Source of the DNA: Dendrobates tinctorius
Taxonomy: Eukaryota
Reading direction: 5' to 3'
NCBI RefSeq assembly: GCF_039654945.1
Contig: NW_027361737.1
Span: 25,420,001 to 25,484,000 of the forward strand
Length of the DNA stretch: 64,000 nucleotides
This document shows positions 49,124-59,700 of this stretch, one piece after another. Both the position numbers and the translations under genes were made by a program. Positions within the stretch are counted from its first letter, which is position 1; each line of letters opens with the position of its first letter. The notes under the pieces are model-generated. The model made no database searches and was not told the origin of the DNA. It saw nothing but the letters and a program-made list of their open reading frames with translations.

Positions 49124-52028
49124 CGGAAAGATATATATCTTTTTACCGTGTTAGCCAGTGGATAGAAAAATATTTAGAATCGAGAGTCCTCTGTGGTTCA
49201 TACCTTTTAATGGCTAACTGAAATAAAGGTAACAAATTGCAAGCTTTCGAGACTACTCGGATCTCTTCATCAGGTTAGACTAATACAACATCTGAAGAAT
49301 CACATATTTTTACACAAGACAGCACAGAAATAACTCAATAGATAAGACAAGTGACTACTGGCTAACACGGTACAAAGATATATATCTTTCCTGTGAAGTA
49401 GAATTGTCATTTTGGGGGAGGAACAGTTCATAGATAAGGAGTCTGGATGATTTATTGCCCTCTGATTGGGGTCTGGTTCTGTGTTGTGTGATGACCCAGA
49501 AGGTCTGAAGATCAAATTCCTTAATTGATGTAAAAAGACATAAATCCATGCAACACATTCATTCCTGCACTGAGTGTGTCAAAAGTTGTCATAAATTTAT
49601 ACTCCCAGACTCTTCTGTCTCTCTGAGACTTGAAGTTAGCTTTTAATACTAGTAATTTAATGTCCATCATGCTATGACCGGGGATACAAAATTGTTTTGC
49701 CACAGGTAGATCCATTCTTTTTTCTCTTATTGTGTGGCTATGAGAATTCATCCTCGTTCTCAGTTTTTGCCCTGTCTCCCCCACATACAGACCGTCAGTT
49801 GGACATTTAGTACACATAATTTAGTACACCACATTAGATGTGATGCAGCTGAAAGTACCTGGGGTCTTGTAGACCTGATGTGAATTGGGGATATTTATCT
49901 TGTCCGTGGTCATTATAAATGAACAGGTTTTACATTTTTTCTGGTGGCAAGGAAAGGTTCCTGCGGCTGTTGGGGAGGACAGGGAACTTCTGACAATGAT
50001 GCTTTTTAAATTGAGGGCTGCCTAAAACACAACAGTGGGGGTCTGGAAATATGGATTGCAATCTTTTTGTAGTAAAGGTTGTAATTTCCGTGCAGCTCCC
50101 CTTAGCACCTCCTGATTTGGATTGTAGGTGACCACTAGAGGCACCTGGTTATTTTCATCTTTAGCTTTGTAATGTAGCAGGTGATTCCTGGACATTCTGG
50201 TCGCTCTTGTAATTTGGTTTTCATTTGATCTTGGATGGTAGCCCTAATTCAAAAAGTTCTTTCTGAGGCGACCAAGGTGTTTGTCTCTGTCCATGGGGTT
50301 GGAACATATACGATTGTATCTGATGGCTTGGCTGTAGACAATAGAAATTTTATTTTGGATGGAAACTGTCCCATTTAAGGTATAATGGACGGTTAATTGG
50401 CTTCTGATACAGGGATGTCTCTATTTCATTGTTCTGTAGCTTAATGAGGGTGTCCAAAAAGTTAATTTCAGTGCTGGAGTAATTGAGTGTTAAGTTGATG
50501 GGGGGGTGAAATTGATTAAACTGTTCGTGGAACGTCTTTAGCTGTTGCTCAGACTCCGCCCAGATGATTAAAATATCATCAATGTAGCGATAGTAGGCCA
50601 GAGGCCTGGTGGGACATGAGGACAAAAATTTGCTTTCAAGCTTGGCCTTGAAAGATTTGCATACTGTGGAGCCATTTTACTTCCTATAGCTGTGCCAGTT
50701 TCCTGTAGATAGATCTTGTTGTCAAATTCAAAGTAATTGTGGGTGAGGATGAATTTTGTGAGTTTCAACACAGAATCGGCATCATTCCCGGTGTTTTGCA
50801 TGAAGAATTTGCAGGCATTTAATCTATCCTGGTGAGGGATATTAGAGTACAAAGATTCCACATCCGTGGTGGCCAGGATGGTTCATTCTGGTAGAGGACC
50901 TATTGCTGCTAGTTTATTCAATAGGTCAGTTGTGTCCTGAATGTAGTTGGGTGTATCCTTTGCCAGGGGTTTAACAACACCCTCTACCCATCCAGATACC
51001 TGCTCAGTAAGGGTGCCCACACATTAAATAATCGGCCTCCCTAGATTTCCAGATTTGTGGATTCTGGGAATCATGTAGAATGTCCCTATTCTTGGACTCT
51101 CTGGTATTGGGTCATTGCCTCTTATGATTTCGTCAGGCAGACAAGATACTAACTTGTTTAGTTCCTTGTAATAGTCCTGTGTAGGATCCGACTCCAATTT
51201 TCTGTAGTAGCGCGTGTCCATAATTTGTCTGTTGGCTTCCTTCATATAGTCTGATGTGTTCATCATGACTATTGCATCTCCCTTGTCAGCATGTTTAATT
51301 ATGATTTCTTTGTTGGTTTTCAGAGACTGTATGGCCTTTCTCTCCTAGGCACTGATGTCTGATGCTTGTCTCCTGTTGGTGTCTATGATGATGGATTTTA
51401 TCAAATGTGTGAATAAGTCTGTATTTATCCAAATGAGGGTTGCGTCTAGGTGGAGGTGTCCAGTGTGACATCATCTTGGTTTTTAGGATCCCTTTTCCTT
51501 CAGTCTGAGTGTTTTCTGAATCTTCTATATCATTGAAATATTCCCTCAGGTGCAGTCTCCTGAAATAATGTTTGTATCCGCGGTCCTAGCATGATGGACA
51601 TTAAATTACTTTGACTAAAAGGTAACTTCAAGTTTCAAAGAGACAGGAAGGTCTGGGAGTATAAATTTATGACAACCTTTGACACACTCAGTGCAGGAAT
51701 GAATGTGTCGCATGGATTTATGTCTTTTTACATCAATTAAGGAATTTGCTCTTCAGACCTTCTGGGGTCATCACACAACCCAGAACCAGACCCCAATCAG
51801 GACAATAAAACATTCACACTCCTTATCTATGAACTGTTCCAATATTTGTCTTATCTATTGCATTATTTCTGTGCTGTTTTGTGTATAAATATGTGATTCT
51901 TCAGATGTTGTATTAGTCTAGCCTGATGAAGAGAGCTGAGTAGTCTCGAAAGCTTGCAATTTGTTACCTTTTAATGGCTAACTGAAAAGATGGTATCACC
52001 CACTGAGGACTCTCAATTCTAAATATTT
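49124..52028 (-). mobile_element. Penelope-like element, 5'-truncated, with an inverted 3' duplication
   Basis: RT fragments (YRYIDDILIIW, GSKMAPQYANL) and a GIY-YIG endonuclease (CTKC..LYVGETGQKLRTRMNSH). 51571-52028 (+) is an inverted copy of ~49167-49690. Flanks TGGTATCTAATAA / TGGTATGTAATAA give a 13-bp TSD with one mismatch. Confidence 0.92.
49212..49279 (-). ncRNA. Minimal hammerhead-like motif in the Penelope pLTR (second copy + strand ~51916-51990)
   Basis: CUAAC-CUGAUGA-a-GAGA..UCUC-GAAA-GCUU...GUUAG; Penelope-like elements are known to carry such motifs. Confidence 0.65.
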
Positions 52029-53108
52029 TGGTATGTAATAAAACATTCCAGTGGGTGCAGTAGGGGAGATGGTGCGAGATTCATCTCATGATAACAGCTG
52101 ATGCTTTGTTGCCCTGAGTACAAGTAACTCATGTAACCTCCCCTTCAGACTGGGAAACTACATTTCCTCTAGACACCCTGTGTCTTGTCCTCTTGTGTGC
52201 TGCCGACAATGTTCTCCTTTACACCTTCTCTGCATAGGTGCAGTGGCATACATTTATCCAAAAACATTGGACATTTTTTAAAAAAAATCTGCTCTAATGT
52301 TAATTTCCAGGACGTCCACCTGACAGCACCATGGAGGACGTCCTCCTCCTCCTTACAGGGACAGGAAGCACACGAGAGGTTAAAGGTCACGTCCCACCCC
52401 CTCTCCCTCAGTGTTTTTCCTGTCCCTGCATGGAGGGACACACGAGAAGCTTACCGGAGGGGCTCAGGGGATCGTACGGCTAGTCCAAGCCTTCCCCTGT
52501 CAAGAGGTCCCGGGGCCGAAACTCTCCAGTGGGGAGTCCCTCTGCCCCAAAGGCCAGGAGCAGGACGACGCTCCTGGAGGGAGCCGTTCCTCCCTATGGG
52601 AGGCTCTCAGCTCCAGAAACTCACCGCCACGGCAGGTGATGGTCGGCTCCCCGCAGGCGGCTGGCCGGGCGGGGACGACTGGCGCAGCGGCGCTGGGAGG
52701 CAGGAATGAGGCCTCCGCAGTCCGCCATAGCAGGCGAAGAGGCCGGAGTGGCAGTCCGCCGCAGATGGACGGGGGTTGCCTCCTCACGGCGGCAGGCCAG
52801 AGGAGGCCGCCATAGTCGCGCGCAGAGCAGGAAGTGGAGGAGGCGGCCTAGCGCGAGAGGCCGCGCGTCACTTCCGGTGACGTCAGACGCCGGCCTTTGA
52901 ATCCCAGCGCGCGCTTCTGAAGCCAGACAGCGCTTGCTACTGAGGCCGGACAGCGCTCGCTATTGAAGCCACACAGCGCTCGCCACTGAAGCCACACAGC
53001 GCTCGCCTCTGGGGTCCACAGCGCGCGCTCCTAAGGCACAGAGCGCGCTTCTGGAAGATCCAGGGAGCACGCTTCGGAGGTCCATAGCGCCCTGCGGACC
53101 GCGCCAGG

Positions 53109-54361
53109 ATGGAAGGGGTCGCTCCAGCAGGCGGAGGGGTAAGTGCGCATAGCGCAGACCACCCTCCCCCACCCATTACCCCAACCCAGATCTGAATAGG
53201 TGCCCCTTCTGTATTATTAGGAGAAGGGAGCCCCGACAGAATCCCCCTCGGGGGCGAAGGACCCGGCAAAGGCCACCTCCAAATCGGTCAAATGCCCAGT
53301 ATGCAGGGTAAAGCTGCCAGACGCATATAACAAGACCCTATGCGGACCCTGTACCTCAAGGGTCGTAGTCGAGGAACAGCCATCCCTCCTAGCCGAAATG
53401 AGATCGCTGATAAGGGAGGAAGTTCGGGCCTCTACATCCAGCCTCGCACGGCGTCAGTCCCCCCAGCCCAGGGCCGAGTCGCAAACGTCCGAGGTGGGAA
53501 GCGGACCCAGAGTCGGAAGAAAGCCCTAGTGAGGAGTCCGAATTCCGGGATTCGGATCAGGAAGAAGGCGAGATCCGGGGGGATAGACAAGATCAGAACA
53601 GGAAATACCTATTCAGACTGGAGGACACGGACGAGTTGGTCCAAGCAGTCAGAAATACTATGCAGATAGAGGAGGTCCCTAAACCACAGTCCAGGCAGGA
53701 CTTAATGTTCGGAGGACTGGTGGCCCGGAGACAGGTAGTGTTCCCTGTAAGTGAACACATCAAAACGATGGTCCAGGAGGAGTGGAAGGAGGCAGAGCGT
53801 CGACTGTCACTCTCCCGAGACTTTAGAAGCAGACTGCCTTTTGATCCTGAGGAAACCCGGGCATGGGAGGAAATTCCTAAAATAGATGTCCCAGTCGCTA
53901 AAGTTACCAAAAAGACGGCTATCCCATTCGAGGACTCATCAGGTCTTCGAGACCCGATGGATAGGAAGGCAGACGTCTTATTAAAAAGAGCGTGGGAGAC
54001 GTCGGCGGCTCTTATTAGGGCCAACATAGCAGCCACCTCGGTGGCCAGGTCTATGTTTTTGTGGATGGGGCAGTTGGAAGAGCACCTAACCAACAAGACC
54101 CCTAGATCAGACATCCTAGCATCCCTTCCGCTCATGAAATCGGCTATGGCGTTCCTATCAGATACGTCGGCCGAATCGGTAAGATTTGCAGCCAGAAACA
54201 GCTCCCTCTCCAACGCGGCCCGAAGAGCAGTCTGGCTCAAATCCTTGTCGGGGGACAACGCTTCAAAAACTAAGCTATGCGCCATCCCCTTCTCGGGCCT
54301 GAGGGTATTCGGGCCAGCCCTAGATAACATTCTAGAGCTGGTGTCCGATAAAAAGAAGTGA
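53109..54361 (+). pseudogene. DIRS ORF1 (gag-like; Cx2C..Cx2C at the N-terminus), predicted spliced, one frameshift near 53460-53510
   Basis: ATG 53109, intron 53139-53220, then KCPVC..LCGPC; continues into the track ORF 53636-54361. Confidence 0.7.
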
Positions 54362-54607
54362 TTCCCGGAGGAAAAACCCAGACGGCCCCAGTCCTTTCGG
54401 AGAGGCTCCTTTTCTAGGAGGCAGACCGAGTTCAGGGGTTGGGCAAGGTCCAGTAGAGGCTCCTATAAGGGCTCCTTCAGCCAGACCGGAAGGGACAGAG
54501 GTCCTCCATTCACATCAACCTCTAGATCGAGGAGGCAATGACGCCATAGGTATTGGGGGGAGACTTCGCCACTTCGCAACAAACTGGTCCAGAGTCACCC
54601 ACAATCA

Positions 54608-56422
54608 GTGGGTCCTCAGAACCATCACGGAGGGCTACAATATAGAGCTTTATTCACCTCCCCCCGAAAGATATATTACCCCCACTGTCGTCCTGGAGGA
54701 CTCCGCAATGTGGACGGATCTACAGGACATGGTAAAATCAAAGGTCATAGTACCAGTTCCCCGTCAGAAAGAGGGAAAGGGCACTATTCGTCCCTGTTCG
54801 CGATCACAAAACTGTCTGGCGAGGCCCGTACCATCATAAACCTGAAACCACTAAATGCCTGGGTCAAGTACAAGAGATTCCGGATGGAATCGGTCCGATC
54901 CGCAACCCTCCTGATAGATCGGGACGCCGTCATGTGCACCCTAGACCTAAAGAAGGCCTACTACCAGGTCCCTATCCATCCCTCTTCCCAGAGACTGCTA
55001 AGGTTTGCGGTCAGTTTACCAGCCCGGACCTGCCACTTCCAGTTCCAGTGTCTTCCATTCGGGTTGGCCTCAGCTCCCAGAATCTTTACAAATCTGGTGG
55101 GAGAAGTAGTGGCCTACCTGAGAGATCAGGGTATTGTGATCATACCCTATTTAGACGACTTCCTACTGGTGGCAAGATCCAGGGAAGCGCTTGTTCGCGA
55201 CAGAAACCGAGCAACTGCGGTAATGGAGTTCCTTGGATGGGTGATAAATTGGGAGAAGTCGAACATCAGGCCAGAAACCAGGAAAATATTTCTCGGGGTC
55301 CTCCTAGACTCAACCGACAGAATATCCTGGCTACCCGAACAGAAGCAGAGGACTATTCAGACCAGAACCAGAGACCTGTTGAGACGTCAGTGCTCCATAA
55401 GAGAGGCAATGGAGGTCCTGGGCCTCATGACGGCCTGCATCCAGTGTGTCCGATGGGCCCAATTCCACTCAAGATCACTGCAGAAAGAGATCCTTGCGAG
55501 GTGGGACAGAAGTCAGGCGTCGCTAGACAGACCCCTAAGGCTGCCAGAACGAGTAAGAGAGCCCCTTCGGTGGTGGACACGGTCCAGAAACCTTCAGGTG
55601 GGCGTATTTTGGACAGCCTCTCCATACGTGGTAGTCAACACGGACGCCAGTGTGTGGGGTTGGGGAGCCCACATAGAAGGGAAAATCTTCCAGGGGAGAT
55701 GGCCAGTAGACATCAAGACCAGATCCTCCAATTTCAGAGAACTCTACGCGGTCTGGGAAGCGCTACGGCGGAACCAGTCGATACTAGAGAATCGTCATGT
55801 CCGTATACTATCCGACAATATGACGACAGTGGCATTCCTGAAGCACCAGGGAGGGACCAGACATCAACCACTACAGGACCTAGCGGGAAAAATATTCACT
55901 TGGGCAGAAAGAACAGTCCGATCAGTGACCGCAGTACACCTAGAGGGTTCCCAGAACGAAGTAGCAGACTACTTGAGCAGACAACGGATCCGCCCGACAG
56001 AATGGGAACTGAGCGAAGAGATCTTCAACCATCTCTGTCAGCGTTGGGGGACCCCCAGTATAGATCTCTTTGCAAGCCGAAAGAATTTGAAAGTCCCCAA
56101 ATTCTATTCCCTGAATCCGACGGACCACCCAGAAGGTGTGGATGCCCTGAGTCAGACCTGGGGAGAATCCCTCTCCTACGCATTCCCGCCACTGGCCCTC
56201 ATACCGGCAGTGCTCAGGAAGATACGCGAGGACCACGCACGAGTGATGTTTATCGCTCCATACTGGCCGAAGAGAAGCTGGTTTCCCCTTCTAGGAGCCA
56301 TGGCAGTCGGAAATCCAGTCGAGCTACCCCTGTGGAAGGACATCATCCACCAGGGCCCGATCTACCATCCAAACCCAGCGAGACTTCATCTATCGGCTTG
56401 GATCCTGAGAGGGACATCCTGA
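54608..56422 (+). CDS. DIRS RT-RNase H-methyltransferase-like ORF (true N-terminus in another frame)
   Basis: LPFGLASAPRIF, YLDD, TDAS..RELYAV..SDN, IDLFAS, YAFPP. The upstream IGGRLRHF..W..WVL segment joins after restoring one C near 54760. Confidence 0.9.
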   Translation: MGPQNHHGGLQYRALFTSPRKIYYPHCRPGGLRNVDGSTGHGKIKGHSTSSPSERGKGHYSSLFAITKLSGEARTIINLKPLNAWVKYKRFRMESVRSATLLIDRDAVMCTLDLKKAYYQVPIHPSSQRLLRFAVSLPARTCHFQFQCLPFGLASAPRIFTNLVGEVVAYLRDQGIVIIPYLDDFLLVARSREALVRDRNRATAVMEFLGWVINWEKSNIRPETRKIFLGVLLDSTDRISWLPEQKQRTIQTRTRDLLRRQCSIREAMEVLGLMTACIQCVRWAQFHSRSLQKEILARWDRSQASLDRPLRLPERVREPLRWWTRSRNLQVGVFWTASPYVVVNTDASVWGWGAHIEGKIFQGRWPVDIKTRSSNFRELYAVWEALRRNQSILENRHVRILSDNMTTVAFLKHQGGTRHQPLQDLAGKIFTWAERTVRSVTAVHLEGSQNEVADYLSRQRIRPTEWELSEEIFNHLCQRWGTPSIDLFASRKNLKVPKFYSLNPTDHPEGVDALSQTWGESLSYAFPPLALIPAVLRKIREDHARVMFIAPYWPKRSWFPLLGAMAVGNPVELPLWKDIIHQGPIYHPNPARLHLSAWILRGTS

Positions 56423-57438
56423 AGACAAAGGGATTGTCGGACCAGGTCATATCCACCCTACTGGCCAGTAGAGAACCGGTGACATCCGCAATCTATAGGA
56501 AGATATGGAAAAGATTCTGTCTGGAGGGTGGCAGGTCCGATCTCGTGGCAGGCACCCCTGACCTCCCTAGCATACTAAGTTTTTTGCAGGCAGGTTTTAA
56601 TAAGGGCCTTAAGCCTAGCACGCTAAAGGTCCAGATTTCAGCCTTAAGCGCCTTCTTCGATTACCAGCTAGCTGCTCATCCCTGGGTAATAAGATTTATA
56701 AAGGCCATGCAGCGCCTGCGCCCCACGATTAGGCAGCTCACCCCGCCGTGGGATCTGGGTCTGGTACTCAGGTCCCTCTGTACAGACCACTATGCTCTAG
56801 GGGAGAAAATAACCATCTCTGCCCTCACCCGTAAAACGGCCTTGCTAGTAGCCATTACCACGGCCAAAAGGATAGGGGAGATCCAGGCCCTGTCCACTAA
56901 GGACCCATATCTACAGATAAGAGAGGATAGTATAATCCTAAGGTTAGACCCGGCATTTACCCCGAAGGTAGTCTCCTCAAAGAATCTAAACCAGGAGGTG
57001 GTGTTACCATCGTTCTGCGACAATCCCCGTAATAAAAAAGAACAGCGTCTTCACTCGCTGGATGTGAGGCGCGCGGTGCTAGACTATCTAGAAGCCACCA
57101 ATAGCTGGCGCATTGACCCAAACTTGTTCATCCTTTTTGGGGGTAAAAATAAGGGGAAGAAAGCCTCTAAGGCGTCTATCGCGAGCTGGATTACCGCAGT
57201 AATCTCTGACACCTACCAAGCCGAAGGTGTTAGCCCGCCAGGGTCCATAAAAGCCCACTCTACGAGGGCGGTATCAGCCTCATGGGCTGAACGGGCGGGG
57301 GCCTCGGTTGACCAAATCTGTAGAGCAGCAACCTGGGCCAATCTGAATACATTCTGCAAGCACTACAAGCTTGACGTGTTGGCTGGTCAGCAGACAGCAT
57401 TCGGGAGAAAAGTTTTCCAGGCGGTAATCCCACCCTGA
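54934..57438 (+). CDS. DIRS tyrosine recombinase ORF overlapping the RT ORF
   Basis: KRIGEI ... HSTR ... W ... HY catalytic signature in the C-terminal part. Confidence 0.9.
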   Translation: MHPRPKEGLLPGPYPSLFPETAKVCGQFTSPDLPLPVPVSSIRVGLSSQNLYKSGGRSSGLPERSGYCDHTLFRRLPTGGKIQGSACSRQKPSNCGNGVPWMGDKLGEVEHQARNQENISRGPPRLNRQNILATRTEAEDYSDQNQRPVETSVLHKRGNGGPGPHDGLHPVCPMGPIPLKITAERDPCEVGQKSGVARQTPKAARTSKRAPSVVDTVQKPSGGRILDSLSIRGSQHGRQCVGLGSPHRRENLPGEMASRHQDQILQFQRTLRGLGSATAEPVDTRESSCPYTIRQYDDSGIPEAPGRDQTSTTTGPSGKNIHLGRKNSPISDRSTPRGFPERSSRLLEQTTDPPDRMGTERRDLQPSLSALGDPQYRSLCKPKEFESPQILFPESDGPPRRCGCPESDLGRIPLLRIPATGPHTGSAQEDTRGPRTSDVYRSILAEEKLVSPSRSHGSRKSSRATPVEGHHPPGPDLPSKPSETSSIGLDPERDILKTKGLSDQVISTLLASREPVTSAIYRKIWKRFCLEGGRSDLVAGTPDLPSILSFLQAGFNKGLKPSTLKVQISALSAFFDYQLAAHPWVIRFIKAMQRLRPTIRQLTPPWDLGLVLRSLCTDHYALGEKITISALTRKTALLVAITTAKRIGEIQALSTKDPYLQIREDSIILRLDPAFTPKVVSSKNLNQEVVLPSFCDNPRNKKEQRLHSLDVRRAVLDYLEATNSWRIDPNLFILFGGKNKGKKASKASIASWITAVISDTYQAEGVSPPGSIKAHSTRAVSASWAERAGASVDQICRAATWANLNTFCKHYKLDVLAGQQTAFGRKVFQAVIPP

Positions 57439-58999
57439 GGAGGTGCTTTGGTACTCTCCATGGTGCTGTCAGGTGGACGTCCTGGAAAATAGGTATTAGA
57501 CCTACCGGTAATGATGTTTCCAGGAGTCCATCCTGACAGCACGGGTACTTCCCTCCCTGTTATGTTATGCTATGTTGTATTTTGATATGTCATATGCTGT
57601 AATATGATTGTTTCATTAAACTGTTACTAGCATCATCCACCTTGTGGTACTTGTTAAATCACTGAGGGAGAGGGGGTGGGACGTGACCTTTAACCTCTCG
57701 TGTGCTTCCTGTCCCTGTAAGGAGGAGGAGGACGTCCTCCATGGTGCTGTCAGGATGGACTCCTGGAAACATCATTACCGGTAGGTCTAATACCTATTTT
57801 CATTAAAAGTAATTGAAAAATTGGTGACTATACTGAACAGGGGAGAGAGACTCTGAAATAAGTAGCATCTTGTGTACATACCTGCAAAATAATTAAAAAT
57901 CAGTTTTTCTTTTGTTGTGGGTTTTTTTTGGTGGGAGGGGGTGTAAGGATGGTGGCAATTATTTCATGGATACAATTTTTCATTAAAAACAGCTATCACC
58001 TGTCCTTGAGTTTGCTGATGTGACTACTGCAAGTCTCACTTCTGGCACCAAATTCTCTCTTCCTCTTGGCTGTTTTGGGGTTGATTGGGGCAAGTTGGTT
58101 GTTGTGCGTGACCTCTGCTGCTCCATCCGTTGATTATGGTACTGACCAAGATTCTACTTGACGATCTGTCAGTCCCAAAGACACTGATTGCAGAGCCACT
58201 GTCCTATTACGTTCAGTCACGATTGCATTGAGGATCGATGTGGACTAGGGCGTCCTTTCTAATGAATTTTAAGATTCTTTGACTCGTGCTTTGCAAACCA
58301 GAAAGGTCCAAACCAAAACCTCCTAGAAATTGTCACTTAGAATGATTCCCGAAGTGGTGTCCTTCTCATTTTTGCCTCCAAAAAAAAGTGTGATAACACA
58401 GCCTAAGGCTGGACACAGGTGCAATTTTTAAGTCCTGTATAATGGGGGCAATTTATTAATGCTTTTACGCCAGAATTGTGTCCCAACTCGAGGCTGAACT
58501 AAAATTTTGTCTGCCTGACTCCATTTTGATAATACTCCCGGAAAGTAGGTGGAGCTGGAGCAGTACAAAGCGTGGTAACCACTGCTAGGCAAATTTATGA
58601 CTAGTGTTGGTGTTCCTTACGCTACAAATATTACTCCAGCCCTGACTGGAGTAAGATTAATGGCAAGGTGCACACCACTGCTCAGACATGCTTGATTTAT
58701 TAATAGGGGAGCTCCTCTTATTAAATCAAGGAGCATGTGACTCCAACGTGCCCTCTCATCAGGATTAGCATGGAAAAACTCCCGTCTTTGAGCCAATGAT
58801 TTTGCTCTCGAGTTGCTTAAATAGTCATTTTATGTTGAATCTATTTTCTTGAGAGAAAAATCAAGTAGACAGATATAGTAACAAGGTAAACATGCAAAAT
58901 GGTAAAGATTGTACATCATCTGAACATTTTCACATTATAACAATCCCTATAACTTTATCACATCTGCTTAAGGTAAAGTTTCGCATCTTCCCAATAGAA

Positions 59000-59700
59000 T
59001 GCATGTTGAGTATACCCTGATCCGTTGTCGCTACCCAAGTTCCACCCAAATGATTGTCCCTTAGTATTAGTTAACCCCGTCATATGGGTTGCATTAAACT
59101 TTCTGTTTACATGAAATGGTGCGGTCAGGGGAGTAAACCTTCCTCCCATTATCTTAACTCTTAATACCATAGATGGGCAGGAGCAATGCGGTAGCGGTTG
59201 TTCGAAATATCTTTTACATTTCGCAGCGGGGGTACGTTATACAAAAAAGAAGAAAAGAGAAAGAAAGATAAAAAAAGAGGGGGAAGAAAGGACACAAAAA
59301 TTATAATTAGAACGTTTAAGGGTAGTAAAGAAGGGAAAACGTGGGAGGAAGGGGAGGAAGAGGGGAATTGCGCGCTAGACTTCCGAACCGGCCCCTAAGA
59401 AGCCTCCTCAACCAGTCGGGGCATCCCAGCAGTTTCTTTGAACAAGATCCATGGACGCCAAGTACGAATCAAGCGGGAGTTGTCCCCCTCCATCTCGGCC
59501 ATCAAAATAGTCATTTTATATTGGCTCACAGGTGACCCTGTGAAATATTGGAGCCCCCAGCCTAAACTTAGTCTGACCCTTTCCACTGAATCTTTGCAGT
59601 TGCACGTACACAATTCTGTTCTTAATAGACTTACAATGAGGTGATTTTCCAAGTTATGTAAGTGGGTTGTAGGGCAGTCACATTGTGTTTTCATTATGAC
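59000..59700 (-). mobile_element. L1/Tx1-like LINE 3' fragment
   Basis: Minus ORF ends ...LIRTWRPWILF (W-x-P-W terminal motif) followed by a pyrimidine-rich 3' UTR. Confidence 0.45.

Larger units (their letters stand above)
52304..57799 (+). mobile_element. DIRS1-type retrotransposon, nearly intact (copy 2, different family)
   Basis: ITRs ~52304-52413 and ~57660-57752 plus a right extension; ICR ~57456-57542; gag, RT/RNase H/MTase-like and overlapping YR ORFs. Confidence 0.95.

Noticed and set aside
53593-54330. 245-aa antisense ORF in DIRS gag
   Set aside because: Most simply a shadow ORF of a GC-rich coding strand; no independent support.
54934-56422. 1.5-kb dual-frame overlap as a novelty
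   Set aside because: Overlap of the YR and RT/RNase H ORFs is an established DIRS1 feature.
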